Source: a virus
Lineage: Duplodnaviria; Caudoviricetes
DNA length: 64,000 nucleotides
Direction: 5' to 3' (one strand)
IMG/VR virus record: IMGVR_UViG_3300035696_000029
Location: 19,819-83,818 of that record
This document shows positions 55,601-64,000 of the stretch, in pieces. The position numbers and the translations under genes are program-made. The notes below the pieces were generated by a model, which searched no databases, was not told the origin of the DNA, and worked only from the letters and a program-made list of their open reading frames with translations. Positions within the stretch are counted from its first letter, which is position 1. Every line of letters begins with the position of its first letter.

Positions 55601-56501
55601 CTATTGGAAAAGCAGAAGAAGACTTTTGTAAAGCAAGGGGTTTCATAGGGAAGAAACCATCACACCAATCCATTATCTTAGTGCCACCTACATGACCAAT
55701 TTCTTCGTATTCTTCTAACAATTCCTTTACCATCTCATCTTGAACTTCTAAGAGATAATCATAGACGTCGTCAGCATACTTGAAATTTTGTAGGAGAAAG
55801 GCTTTTCCACCAGCAGCAGAGATGAGTTCATTAAGTTTAATTTCAGTGTAATATTTCTTAGGTTTGCTGCGTTTGAAAATCTTACCTTCTGGATTTAATT
55901 CAGGATCTACAGGATCTGTTTTTTGAGTGGGTAATGGAGCTTCAGCTTCTTTATCAGGTTTTTCAGAACTCTCTTTCACTTCTGTAGCACCTTTGCAACC
56001 GCATTCCTTTTCATACGGACAGCCGAAATCAGGTGGATGTGTATGGATTTCGAAAGGATGACCACAAGTGCACATTGATGCAGTCTTTTTGGCGTATTGA
56101 TTCCTGGCCCAATTTATAATTTCTGTGGGATTTACTGGAATCGCATTTGGAAAGTTAGCTCGTACTTTTACGAGATATTTTTCTTGAATGTCACTTAACA
56201 GAGCAACAACTTCTTCGGGAGTTTTGCACTGATTCTTGATACGAAGAGGACCGCCAGCAGCTTGTACTAAATCCCAGAGCTTGACTTTTGCAGCCGTAGG
56301 AGTAGAGCCGTGTTTCTCATTCTCAGGCTCAGTACCTTTGTAAACAAAAGGATCGTTATAGTCAGGATCAGCATGCCAATCGCCTGTTTCTGTAGCACGA
56401 GCAGGATCGGCATACATTTCAAGTAGCGCATCCAAGGCGACTTTTCTTTGCAGGAGTGGATTGAGGCTCTTCATGCGCAACCTTTGAGTTGGCCAAGGCA
56501 A
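52617..56501 (-). CDS. Polyvalent protein or polyprotein (1294 aa): zinc ribbons, two HiPIP-like Cys modules, ART-like domain, ParB-like domain
   Basis: KTA/KVA/KRA-delimited modules; LYHVTH...IKKKGLLP (ART-like); PLIVV...LEDGQNRLAAWHALGHQNVPAIV (ParB/Srx-like). May start at the ATG at 56474. Confidence 0.75.
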   Translation of the reverse strand: MPWPTQRLRMKSLNPLLQRKVALDALLEMYADPARATETGDWHADPDYNDPFVYKGTEPENEKHGSTPTAAKVKLWDLVQAAGGPLRIKNQCKTPEEVVALLSDIQEKYLVKVRANFPNAIPVNPTEIINWARNQYAKKTASMCTCGHPFEIHTHPPDFGCPYEKECGCKGATEVKESSEKPDKEAEAPLPTQKTDPVDPELNPEGKIFKRSKPKKYYTEIKLNELISAAGGKAFLLQNFKYADDVYDYLLEVQDEMVKELLEEYEEIGHVGGTKIMDWCDGFFPMKPLALQKSSSAFPIAVLQRFPNLGGEIPRSTFHPDEGQYAAVRTSDGQIFADPNWQHDTHVNFINRIGIPPNQVEDGGWLIDGVYEPTDRSDAGKYGMRARMVMKTLDYREKELLQPQFASAEVPITTRLSGEPQGIIARAAYRKAKKAHEEHGNVPDPGKYDEEAEDHVRNEAGEWAQYAEDGIAYDSLGNYLCGSCDMRMGTDECMRVEGPISFEKGSCRLFHLGEPENKPPMKKKFTKEEAKYAETNQGGFGCHRCEYGSKAKQPDSQGRESWCSFWGMHIVPTACCAEQEGEEKEKTAGLSKLQLERAAFIAGLQKFGVNKKGKRFSAPSHFNLKTKPNKDIFAPWQSEAARLGVDLTQLTIPVVPDSGLIWDPVAETEQGFVNLKLSSVVKQNMEDVGEDLAGAFETSDWYQQFGSVTDWTMYQFDPVSKQVITSSSIWDGNHPVVYVYGAGWGLYSVTVDIDKKGAQKIESRYSKRANLDLNPENKIFKESEPLRRRPDYGENLKQADSGTAALEKSALSHPLAKLLVKNGFSYKSTNIQFGEEHKFVRGNDEIVLSYNDTNKPEWRHANSETNQWGNDTLYPLKDYLKKISSVNSFEKTAAGKLYHVTHTSKVPQIKKKGLLPLQPSNWIQGEGGDRYGQGEIFAFVSPKDAVRWGAKMDWSFNQGIGTGKISIVTLDTGNEKWEVDENDPMGQASSEGPWMKHFGRVPSEQVLAVTPLTTDLSKALVKDEPIKLGAVEQKDTPTLLPQRDDMRGHLDEDVKKEIKDIIGKEPLEGVKIGAPKEYYLWKINPKSYKQYIDEGSARISLIPLSKIDLSAKDYQDLMQADLARTYKQKMEKGQRFPLIVVTTKDWKSYHLEDGQNRLAAWHALGHQNVPAIVLDLQKREGFNIAAADNDQDSQVEEIQEKEDKAYTAFLTDKFMLQEALDNGWTMQQLWQEVGTQYANEYWNTRSEETEELSTAPNCPNCKSSSTLRVTDGETKTASAPDLVECVKCGTFFTA

Positions 56502-56526
56502 CTAAACTCTAGTTGTCCTGCCTAAA

Positions 56527-57192
56527 TTAAACGCTGAAGAGAAGTGAACGTCCGGTCTTATCTCCCGAGTTGAGGCCAGCATCCAGGAATTCTCCATAGA
56601 CTGAACCAGCAACATCAAAGATATCCGTGCATACGATAGAACAATCTTCAGCTACAGCTGCCTGTTCAATTTGATATCCTGTATTGTAGTTCTCCATCCA
56701 ACAGCCTTCATACACGGTTGCTACAGCGTACAAGCCGGAGTTGCCTAAGTTATTCAAGCCGCCTTCATTTGGAATGTCAGCTGCGGTAGCTTGACCACGA
56801 TTTGGATCTTCTGAGGCTAGCTGAGAGAAAACGATTTCTGTCTTAATATCAAACGGCCACTTGTGATGTTTGAGCGAACGGACAGCACCAGATACACCAG
56901 CTTTATAGCCAAGCATCTGCATAAGATTTGCAAGGTAGAGAGCCGTGCGGGTAATTGCCAAAGTTGTTGGCTGTGTTACACCAGGAACTAGTTCGGCAAC
57001 CTGGTCACCATAACCTAGACCACGAACTGCATCAACGGTCTTCGATTCTGTGATGGTGAATGAAGAAGTAACACCCAACTTAACGAACTTGCCGACATCA
57101 ACGGCATGAGTAAAAATCTTGAATCGAGATGAAATGACGGATTCGGTTTGAGCCGATGTTCCCTGTCTGTATATATAGCCGCCTTGTGGCAT
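56527..57192 (-). CDS. Tail tube protein (contractile tail)
   Basis: 221 aa; DAVRGLGYGDQVAELVPG, PFDI, TVYEGCWMENYN patterns; lies near the sheath gene. Confidence 0.75.
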   Translation of the reverse strand: MPQGGYIYRQGTSAQTESVISSRFKIFTHAVDVGKFVKLGVTSSFTITESKTVDAVRGLGYGDQVAELVPGVTQPTTLAITRTALYLANLMQMLGYKAGVSGAVRSLKHHKWPFDIKTEIVFSQLASEDPNRGQATAADIPNEGGLNNLGNSGLYAVATVYEGCWMENYNTGYQIEQAAVAEDCSIVCTDIFDVAGSVYGEFLDAGLNSGDKTGRSLLFSV

Positions 57193-57264
57193 GATCTGTT
57201 CTCCCTTACGGTCTTGCTATTAAGAGTAAAAATAATGTTGTTATCGTTTTTAATTAGCGATCTT

Positions 57265-58878
57265 TTATGCTGCTGCAGCTGTACGAAGTCCCAATAATGA
57301 GGACTTTTTAGCCTTTTCTTTCACCTTAGCAGCTTCTTCCTCGGCAGCCTCTTGCATCTCTTGCTTGTTAAGAACCTTCACAGCATCATCACAGAGAGAA
57401 TAGGCTTTGTAGATCGTTTCCACAAATTCTCGCACTCCACGAGTGTTATTAACTTGACAAAGAGGCTTGGCATCAAGATAGAGAGCCTTCAACTTTTCAC
57501 CAAGGGACTCGGCATCCTTTACGGCTGAAGCGAGTTTCATCATATCGGTAACAGCAGGACGCTCCAATTTTGCAGGTGCTTCGTCTTTCATACCACGAGC
57601 TTGAGCAACTTCCGGTGTACGACCGCCATCTTCAACAATGTCACCCAATTTACCATCATTGGTCCACTTAGTTGAGCCAGCACCGAATTTCTTCATGACA
57701 TACTGAGCACCAAAGACACGAAGAATTCGTGATCCCTTATGTGGCGTGTAGCCCTTGTTCTTCATAGACCACGCCAATGCCCAAGGATTGTCAATGCCCG
57801 GTTCATCCTTCATTTCTTTAACAGTGCCTTCCCATCCTGGAGGAGCAACAGCGGTCTTAGATTCTTCAGCAGTCTTACTATCCTGCGCCTTCTCACCACT
57901 GGAACCTTCCATCACATTTGGAGTTGGGGCAACTGGAACATCGTCATGACGTTTGCCTTCTTCAGCAGCTAGCTTTGGAGGTTCGGCACCTTGTGCCTGA
58001 GGAATATCTTTTTGGAAAGCAGCAGCGGGAGCACCTTGCTCGCCAGCTTCTTTACTGTCCTTCTCTTCCTTCTTCTTAAAAGGAGGAGCCTGTTTACCAC
58101 CAAAAGGTTCTTTCTTAGCAGCAGTTACAGGAGCAGCGGGAGCCGTGGCTGCGCCTTCCTCGGGTTTGGCTGGAGCTACGGGACGATTCTTCAAGATATT
58201 TGTCATCTCGATCAAAGCATCTTGCATGCCTTTGTTCTGGGCAAAACCTTCTTGCTTAGGTAGATCCTCAACTATCTTGAGAATCATTTCAGTAGGAACA
58301 AAATCTAACGGAGATCCTGTCTTTGCAGTTGCACCAGGAGCCATTGGTGTGGCAGCGGGAGCCGGAGCAGCAGCAGGTTCAGCTTCTTTCTTTTTCTTTG
58401 CAGCATAACGAGGAACTTCAACTTGCTCGGGAGCTTTAGGTTGACCGTTAGAATCTCGATCCGTCACCCAAGCATCTGCTCCGCCGCCAGCACCACTTTC
58501 TTTTTCAGCGGCCTGTTCGGGAAGAGCACTAGCGCCGGGAGCACCTTCAATACGCTCAGGACGTGTTCCTGCTCGTACTTGAGAGATAAATTCTACATCA
58601 GTTTTGACTTCCTGTGCAAATTCTGGCATCTTAGTGTCGTCTAAATAGTCTTCTATGCTGCTTGTTCCATCAGCAGCCATTTCAGCTGGAGTCAAATTCA
58701 AGACACCTTGTAGGCGAGCAACAGCTTCTTCAAGTTGGTCTAGTTTTGGATCATGAGGATTTTGATTGAGTAATTTCTCGGCCAAAATTTCGCCTTCACT
58801 AATGGCCTTCTTAAGAGTCTCAACAGAAACCAATACTGTTGCTTTTCTCATGTGACGGTTTAGCATCTGTGACTTCAT
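57265..58878 (-). CDS. Acidic Pro/Ala-rich modular protein with KxA motifs
   Basis: 537 aa; KAT, KEA, two KTA, KLA, terminal RTAAA; contains PPGWEGTVKEMK..NPWALAWSMKNKG and WVTDRDSNGQPKAP segments. Confidence 0.65.
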   Translation of the reverse strand: MKSQMLNRHMRKATVLVSVETLKKAISEGEILAEKLLNQNPHDPKLDQLEEAVARLQGVLNLTPAEMAADGTSSIEDYLDDTKMPEFAQEVKTDVEFISQVRAGTRPERIEGAPGASALPEQAAEKESGAGGGADAWVTDRDSNGQPKAPEQVEVPRYAAKKKKEAEPAAAPAPAATPMAPGATAKTGSPLDFVPTEMILKIVEDLPKQEGFAQNKGMQDALIEMTNILKNRPVAPAKPEEGAATAPAAPVTAAKKEPFGGKQAPPFKKKEEKDSKEAGEQGAPAAAFQKDIPQAQGAEPPKLAAEEGKRHDDVPVAPTPNVMEGSSGEKAQDSKTAEESKTAVAPPGWEGTVKEMKDEPGIDNPWALAWSMKNKGYTPHKGSRILRVFGAQYVMKKFGAGSTKWTNDGKLGDIVEDGGRTPEVAQARGMKDEAPAKLERPAVTDMMKLASAVKDAESLGEKLKALYLDAKPLCQVNNTRGVREFVETIYKAYSLCDDAVKVLNKQEMQEAAEEEAAKVKEKAKKSSLLGLRTAAAA

Positions 58879-58893
58879 ATTTTCTCGTCTCCG

Positions 58894-59334
58894 TTAAACA
58901 ATGGTATCAGGAATTACTGGCAACAACATTTGTAGCCGCAAAGCAGCCATTGCCTGCGATATACGACTAGTTATCACACTAACCCAAGCTTGTGCTGCTT
59001 CAGATGGATTTGGTGTAATGCAATCCAATGGACCTTGAGTTGGAGGAGCCTGACCTGCAGGAGCATTTGGTAATGCTGTATAGAAACGAGCAGTTTGGCT
59101 AGACAACTCAGTTGTTATTCCAACATAAAGTTCAGTAGTTGGAAATTGAAATACGAATTGGTTGTTATTCGGATCAGTAAAATTACCTGCAATATTTACT
59201 TTCGGATCACCAAAAGCACCAATCTTTGCTTTGTCAATGCTATCTTGTTGAGCAGAAGGTTGTGAATTGAATATAGCTTGGATTACTACGCTGATGATAC
59301 CCGAGTTCTGACCAATTACTGTATGAACAAGCAT
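58894..59334 (-). CDS. Hypothetical virion protein
   Basis: 146-aa ORF directly downstream of the sheath gene. Confidence 0.55.
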   Translation of the reverse strand: MLVHTVIGQNSGIISVVIQAIFNSQPSAQQDSIDKAKIGAFGDPKVNIAGNFTDPNNNQFVFQFPTTELYVGITTELSSQTARFYTALPNAPAGQAPPTQGPLDCITPNPSEAAQAWVSVITSRISQAMAALRLQMLLPVIPDTIV

Positions 59335-59351
59335 CTATCAAACTCCTAAGA

Positions 59352-62300
59352 TTACAAAGTTGTAGTAACCGAGAATGTAACATTAATGTACAGTAAGCTG
59401 AACATCGGCTTGATGTCTACACTAACGTTTACCGTTGTTGGATCAGTTGCATCAGGCACTACGGACAGATTCTTGTAGCCTGACAAAATTTGCTGATTAA
59501 CCAAACTTACCAAACGAGCATTGCAAACTACAGTAATGTCAGCAACAAGACTGTCTACCAACTTACGACCAATGAATTGCTCATTATCAGCACGGAACAA
59601 TTGACGAGTATAATCAACAGCAGTTGTGCAAGTTGGTTCGCTGTAGATTGGATTCTCCGGACGAGTGGTCTTATAGTGACGAACCTTAAGAGCACCCGCA
59701 TTGTCAACCAACAGAGTAAGACCATCGGCTGCCATAAGATCCATAGTTGGGTCATCGTAACGAATCTTCAACTGTGTGAATCCAACTACATTCTGGAAGG
59801 TTAGAGTCGTAGCCACATCATTGGCTGGGTTGCAATTCAAACCTGCCAAAGCGCAAGCCATGAATTCACCAGAAACTGGATATTCGATTGAGACACCAGT
59901 CAGTGGATCAGTGATAAGAACACCTGCTACAGGATTGCCAATTGCAATCATGCGTTCGCTGTCGAGTGCGATAGCATTTTGGCGTGCCTGGTTGGAACTT
60001 GTGAATTGGTCGTAACCTACGAAACCAATTGCTTCAGCTTCAACACGAGGAGCAGCTTGTGTGGTCAAGAAACGGCTCAGAACTTGATGAACCGTTGTGC
60101 TAGTGCTCAAAGGAGCTACAACATCAACATGACGATCTTCACTGCCAGGCAAAGCTAATGCCAGACTCTGAATTGCGTTGATGAAATCCTCATCAGAAGC
60201 TTGGTTAGTGCCTGGAATCACAGGGACCTGAATTGCAGCAAAGGTCTGAGTGCCATTAAGAGTTAAGAACTGAATACCCAAGCTGAGACGATTAACCGTG
60301 TTAGGTGTACCGTAAGCAGCATAAGCATCTGATGGATTAGTATAGATCTTTAGGCCATAATCTGCAGTAGTCTTGTTTACTGTGAAAGTTACATAGTAGA
60401 ATTGACCAATGCTAGGATCATTTCCAGTACCACGGAACGTGCTGATGATAACTGTATCTCCAGCAGTTGACTGATAGTTAGAAATCACAGTTGTATGCAA
60501 TCCAGGAATCGCGATTAGGTTGTTAGCCTGAGCACCGGACACTCCTGGTGTACCGCAATTGCGAAGTGCAGGTTGTGCACCACCAACAGCATCAGCCTTA
60601 ACAACAAATTGAAGTGTATCGGCTGCGCCTGTAGCTGTTCCCGTATCTGCTGCTGCTGGGTAATCAGCATGTGTAAAGGGTGCTGTAAATAGGCTTCCCG
60701 TGGAAGTTGCAATTACAACAGTCTGTCCATTTAAGAAAGTAGCTGTTGTCAAACCTGAAAGAGTAACGCGCTGTCCAGGAACAAAACCATTAGTGGCATC
60801 AATTGTTAAGACGTTTAGAGACACAGATACATTGGTAATTGTTGCAGTGCTGCCTGGTGTAAACGAATAGGAACCAGGAATTGAAGGCACACCATAAGAT
60901 GCATGGTCCGCTGGATTCACAATTGTTACACGGAAGCCTGTCTTTACATCAATGTAGGTCTGATCCAAGTAGCCTACGCCACTAGATCCATTTGCACCGA
61001 TGCTGCTGGATACTGTATAACTGTGAGTAGTAGGAGTCAAGACAGCATTTGAACCGCTAGCCAAATTGGTTGCAGCTGTAGTTACGATTGTTGGTGTGCT
61101 GGAAACGCTAGCAGTAATTGCTCCACCATCAAGTGTAAGAGCAGATGGGAAGTGAGCAGCAACCTGAGCACCTGTTTCAAGTGTTCCAGTCCAATTTGCA
61201 AAAATGGTGACAGCATTACCATTCACAACCACAGGAACTGTATTTAGAGTTGTAGCATCAATTGCGATGGTAACATTGTTGCCTAGGACACCAGGAGTTG
61301 AAGCCGTGAAAGTCAAAGATCCACCAGTGAAGGTTATTGTCTTTGTAGCTTGAACAGCGGGAACAGTTACACTGGCTCCGTCATTGTTGAATGACAAAGT
61401 GATAGTTTCATCAACGGCTGCTCCGGCTGTTGCCTGAGCATCCGGGAAACCATAAGGATACACAATTCCAGTAGTCGCAAAGTTGGCAGCTGCAACTGAG
61501 TTTGAACCAGCAATCACAAGAGGAGCAATGCGATTTAGCTCATCTGTGATGGTGAAAGTACCAGCAGTTCCATATCCTGGAGTTACAACTTGTACTGTGT
61601 ATTCATGCGTTGCCAATGTGTTGCGATAGTAGCTAGCATACACACTATTACCAATTGTAGGAGGATTCTTCAAAGTAATGGTTTGAGCCGCACCTGAAAG
61701 ACGAATTACAGGAACTGCTCCGTTTAGAAATGCTTCGAGAGGGTCCGATCCAACATACACCTGAATCAAAGCTGGATTGTCAGTTGAAATACCTGCTCCA
61801 GTGGTTGGTGTATCTTGAAGAGTGAAAACTGCATTCTTGCTGTTTACTGAACCAATAACAGGACGGAGGAAAACTTGCTCAGCAACCAGAGAAGCAAGAA
61901 CTTCTGCAGGAGTAAAGTTTGCCAATTCGCCAGCAGCCGAGACACCAATTGCTTCAGAAACTGAAGGTCCCCAATTAATTGTTCCACTACCATTGGCATC
62001 TACACCCAATGTGTAATCTGTATCTTCAACAAAGTCGCTACGATTTGGTCCGTAGCCAACTTCTACAATGCTTGCAACATTGGCAGCGGGGAGCAAATCA
62101 AATGTATTCTGCCATGTGTTGTAAAAATAAGTAGCTGTCAACGTGCTGCCATAAGGTACAGGATTTGCCACAGTGATAAGACCATGAGTACCATCAACCG
62201 CTACGACAGGGTTAGGCGAGCCTCCAGCCAAGACAGAAACATTAGCAGGATTGGTTGTAGTAACACCACCGTTAGTTCCATCAGTGATAGGTGTATTCTT

Positions 62301-63146
62301 AACCTTGAAAACTGTATTTGTAGACTGACCAATACCGCCAGAGAACGCCATTGCTGCACCAGCAACCAGAGCGGTAGAACCTACTCCTGTGATTACGCCA
62401 GTGGTTGTAATGTCTCCACCATCCAAGGTTGCGATTCCAGCCGAAATCAAACTCACCAAATTTGTCAAAGTACGAGTGCCCGAAGATGTTGTGATATTGA
62501 TAACGATTGCATCCGTACCAATTCCCGAAACTGCAAGAGCATCAGGAACAGCCACGCCAGCCACAAATTGCAATGTGACTAAGTTGCCCAATTCGCCTGG
62601 ATTCTGCAAACTCAAAGGAAGAGAATTGCCACCAGAAGGAGTAACTGTCAAAGTTGCATACTGCGGAATCTGAGCAGACAAATCTTCATTGAAAACTTGA
62701 GTGTCGCCACGCTTGAAGAAATAAGATACATAGAGTTCAGTACCAGCTGGCGGAATAACCTGAGTCACAAACTGGCCAGTTGTTCCATTGACTGAAATCA
62801 CTGTAACCGGAATCTGATTGCCATTAACATCGATAGAGGTGACTTGTACCTTGCTGGGATCAGTTGTTACGATACCCTTTCCTGTTCCATCTACGATCGG
62901 GTAATATGTTACTTGGAAAGTGTTCGTGAGACCAGTAACCTGGTTAGAGATATTCTCATTTACAGCCTGGTCGTCCTGGTTGCTGGACGATCCACGGAAC
63001 AATTCGACGTTGTTCCTTGTGGTAAATTGCGTTCCTTCACCAATCACGACAGGAATGCGTGCGTTTCCGAATAGTGGCTGACCCGCTGTTTCAACTACAA
63101 CCTGTGTGTAGACGCCGGGTTTGACATATGAACCAAATAGTGCCAT
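59352..63146 (-). CDS. Tail sheath protein (large, with inserted beta domains)
   Basis: N-terminal YVKPGVYTQV; C-terminal sheath core EAIGFVG...MACALAGL..NPANDVATTLT...DPTTVNVSVDIKPMFSLLYINVTF. Confidence 0.9.
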   Translation of the reverse strand: MALFGSYVKPGVYTQVVVETAGQPLFGNARIPVVIGEGTQFTTRNNVELFRGSSSNQDDQAVNENISNQVTGLTNTFQVTYYPIVDGTGKGIVTTDPSKVQVTSIDVNGNQIPVTVISVNGTTGQFVTQVIPPAGTELYVSYFFKRGDTQVFNEDLSAQIPQYATLTVTPSGGNSLPLSLQNPGELGNLVTLQFVAGVAVPDALAVSGIGTDAIVINITTSSGTRTLTNLVSLISAGIATLDGGDITTTGVITGVGSTALVAGAAMAFSGGIGQSTNTVFKVKNTPITDGTNGGVTTTNPANVSVLAGGSPNPVVAVDGTHGLITVANPVPYGSTLTATYFYNTWQNTFDLLPAANVASIVEVGYGPNRSDFVEDTDYTLGVDANGSGTINWGPSVSEAIGVSAAGELANFTPAEVLASLVAEQVFLRPVIGSVNSKNAVFTLQDTPTTGAGISTDNPALIQVYVGSDPLEAFLNGAVPVIRLSGAAQTITLKNPPTIGNSVYASYYRNTLATHEYTVQVVTPGYGTAGTFTITDELNRIAPLVIAGSNSVAAANFATTGIVYPYGFPDAQATAGAAVDETITLSFNNDGASVTVPAVQATKTITFTGGSLTFTASTPGVLGNNVTIAIDATTLNTVPVVVNGNAVTIFANWTGTLETGAQVAAHFPSALTLDGGAITASVSSTPTIVTTAATNLASGSNAVLTPTTHSYTVSSSIGANGSSGVGYLDQTYIDVKTGFRVTIVNPADHASYGVPSIPGSYSFTPGSTATITNVSVSLNVLTIDATNGFVPGQRVTLSGLTTATFLNGQTVVIATSTGSLFTAPFTHADYPAAADTGTATGAADTLQFVVKADAVGGAQPALRNCGTPGVSGAQANNLIAIPGLHTTVISNYQSTAGDTVIISTFRGTGNDPSIGQFYYVTFTVNKTTADYGLKIYTNPSDAYAAYGTPNTVNRLSLGIQFLTLNGTQTFAAIQVPVIPGTNQASDEDFINAIQSLALALPGSEDRHVDVVAPLSTSTTVHQVLSRFLTTQAAPRVEAEAIGFVGYDQFTSSNQARQNAIALDSERMIAIGNPVAGVLITDPLTGVSIEYPVSGEFMACALAGLNCNPANDVATTLTFQNVVGFTQLKIRYDDPTMDLMAADGLTLLVDNAGALKVRHYKTTRPENPIYSEPTCTTAVDYTRQLFRADNEQFIGRKLVDSLVADITVVCNARLVSLVNQQILSGYKNLSVVPDATDPTTVNVSVDIKPMFSLLYINVTFSVTTTL

Positions 63147-63209
63147 TGTGGGTACTCCTCTTGAAAAATGGACCTCTCAAGTGTAGAAGAAAGTCCTAAA
63201 ATTTCATAA

Positions 63210-63614
63210 CTACTTACGTTTAATGAGTGGAACGCCTGTGGGAGCTTCGTCTTTCCCACCATTGGCAACTTCCACTATTTCTAGCTTTCCATCTTTTATC
63301 GGCTGGAATTCATTTCTTCCAGTCATTGTTAGACCTTGTGCGCCGCTCTCTCGACGAACCTTGTCACGAAGTTGTTGACGATGTTTTATATCGGCCCAAC
63401 GTGCTTCGGCATCCCGTCCTACTGCAACATCAAATGGAACTTCATTTGCAGCTGCCTTATCGGAATGAATCATTGCCGGACCATGAATGAAAGCTTCGTT
63501 GGCTCGGCTTCCGCAATTAATACATTTCTTCCATTTTGGATGTTCTTGAGACCAAGGCTGAATAAGTTCCTGCACAAGACCGCAAGAGTCGCATTTATAT
63601 TCGTAAATGGGCAT
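63210..63614 (-). CDS. FmdB-family zinc-ribbon protein
   Basis: MPIYEYKCDSCG...CINCG. Confidence 0.8.
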   Translation of the reverse strand: MPIYEYKCDSCGLVQELIQPWSQEHPKWKKCINCGSRANEAFIHGPAMIHSDKAAANEVPFDVAVGRDAEARWADIKHRQQLRDKVRRESGAQGLTMTGRNEFQPIKDGKLEIVEVANGGKDEAPTGVPLIKRK

Positions 63615-63632
63615 ACAATAGTTCCTTAATTC

Positions 63633-64000
63633 TTAAGCATAGCTGCTCAGAAACATCGTTGCACCAAGTGCTTTAATCCGTTGGGGCAGCTGTACTTTAC
63701 CTAGAAAGTCCCCAGAATAAACAGTATCATTCAATTCAAACGCGGCCATACGTGTTACCAAGGGCATAAAGACTTTCCAATCGGCTAAACCAGAAAAGGT
63801 TTGTGTTGAAGAAAAAGTAGGATTAACGCCGCTAATATCTCGTTGAGCACTGGAAAATTCTCGTGGAGCTTCTAAGATCGTTACTCCATCTCGTTCCATA
63901 TTCTCACGTTTAAAAATGAGCAACTCTCGTTTAATCACTTCGGCTAAATCCGAAGCTGTTTGAAGATCGTTAGCTTTACATTCCAGAGTAAAACTGATGT
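63633..64000 (-). CDS. Truncated protein (5' end outside window), possibly tail completion or neck
   Basis: The frame of track ORF 63633..63938 stays open to the window edge (...ISFTLECKANDLQTASDLAEVIKRE...), so the GTG start in the track is internal. Confidence 0.55.
   Translation of the reverse strand, partial: ISFTLECKANDLQTASDLAEVIKRELLIFKRENMERDGVTILEAPREFSSAQRDISGVNPTFSSTQTFSGLADWKVFMPLVTRMAAFELNDTVYSGDFLGKVQLPQRIKALGATMFLSSYA

Noticed and set aside
686-63629. Many plus-strand ORFs of 60-160 aa in the track (e.g. 2479..2787, 37351..37632, 50392..50742, 51202..51492) and off-frame minus ORFs such as 25594..26079
   Set aside because: They lie antisense or out of frame within long, motif-bearing genes and mirror low-complexity Pro/Ala/Gly or repeat regions. 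I treat them as shadow ORFs.
1-64000. Stop-codon reassignment, as seen in some jumbo phages
   Set aside because: Genes tile densely in standard code 11, large core genes are unbroken, and TAA, TAG and TGA all end genes.
1-64000. tRNA genes, CRISPR arrays, integrase or transposase
   Set aside because: No cloverleaf or T-loop signature in intergenic gaps, no repeat-spacer periodicity, and no recombinase motifs seen. The only GGTTCGA-like string I noted (about 32270) is inside a CDS. This was not a computed scan.

Overview
This is a 64-kb internal fragment of a large (probably jumbo) contractile-tailed phage genome, about 42% GC by eye, in standard genetic code. Almost all genes are on the minus strand; the exception is a three-gene plus-strand block at 31.5-34.4 kb. 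Recognisable core genes are portal, family-A DNA polymerase, CHC2 zinc-finger protein, terminase large subunit, HK97-type prohead serine protease, probable scaffold, major capsid protein, head decoration protein, tail tube and tail sheath. Accessory genes include three radical SAM enzymes, a SET-domain methyltransferase, two sigma-factor-like proteins, an HNH nuclease, a papain-like protease, and a glycosyltransferase/FkbM cassette inside the head module. The most striking feature is a set of very large head-associated proteins (2249, 1294, 1136, 617 and 537 aa) built from many small modules: zinc ribbons, HiPIP-like Cys clusters, an ADP-ribosyltransferase-like domain and a ParB-like domain. 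The modules are punctuated by a recurrent K-T-A / (K/R)-x-A motif that also occurs in the portal, scaffold, capsid N-terminus and both ends of the protease. My inference is a prohead-protease-processed polyprotein cargo system. All annotations come from reading motifs by eye; no database searches were run.
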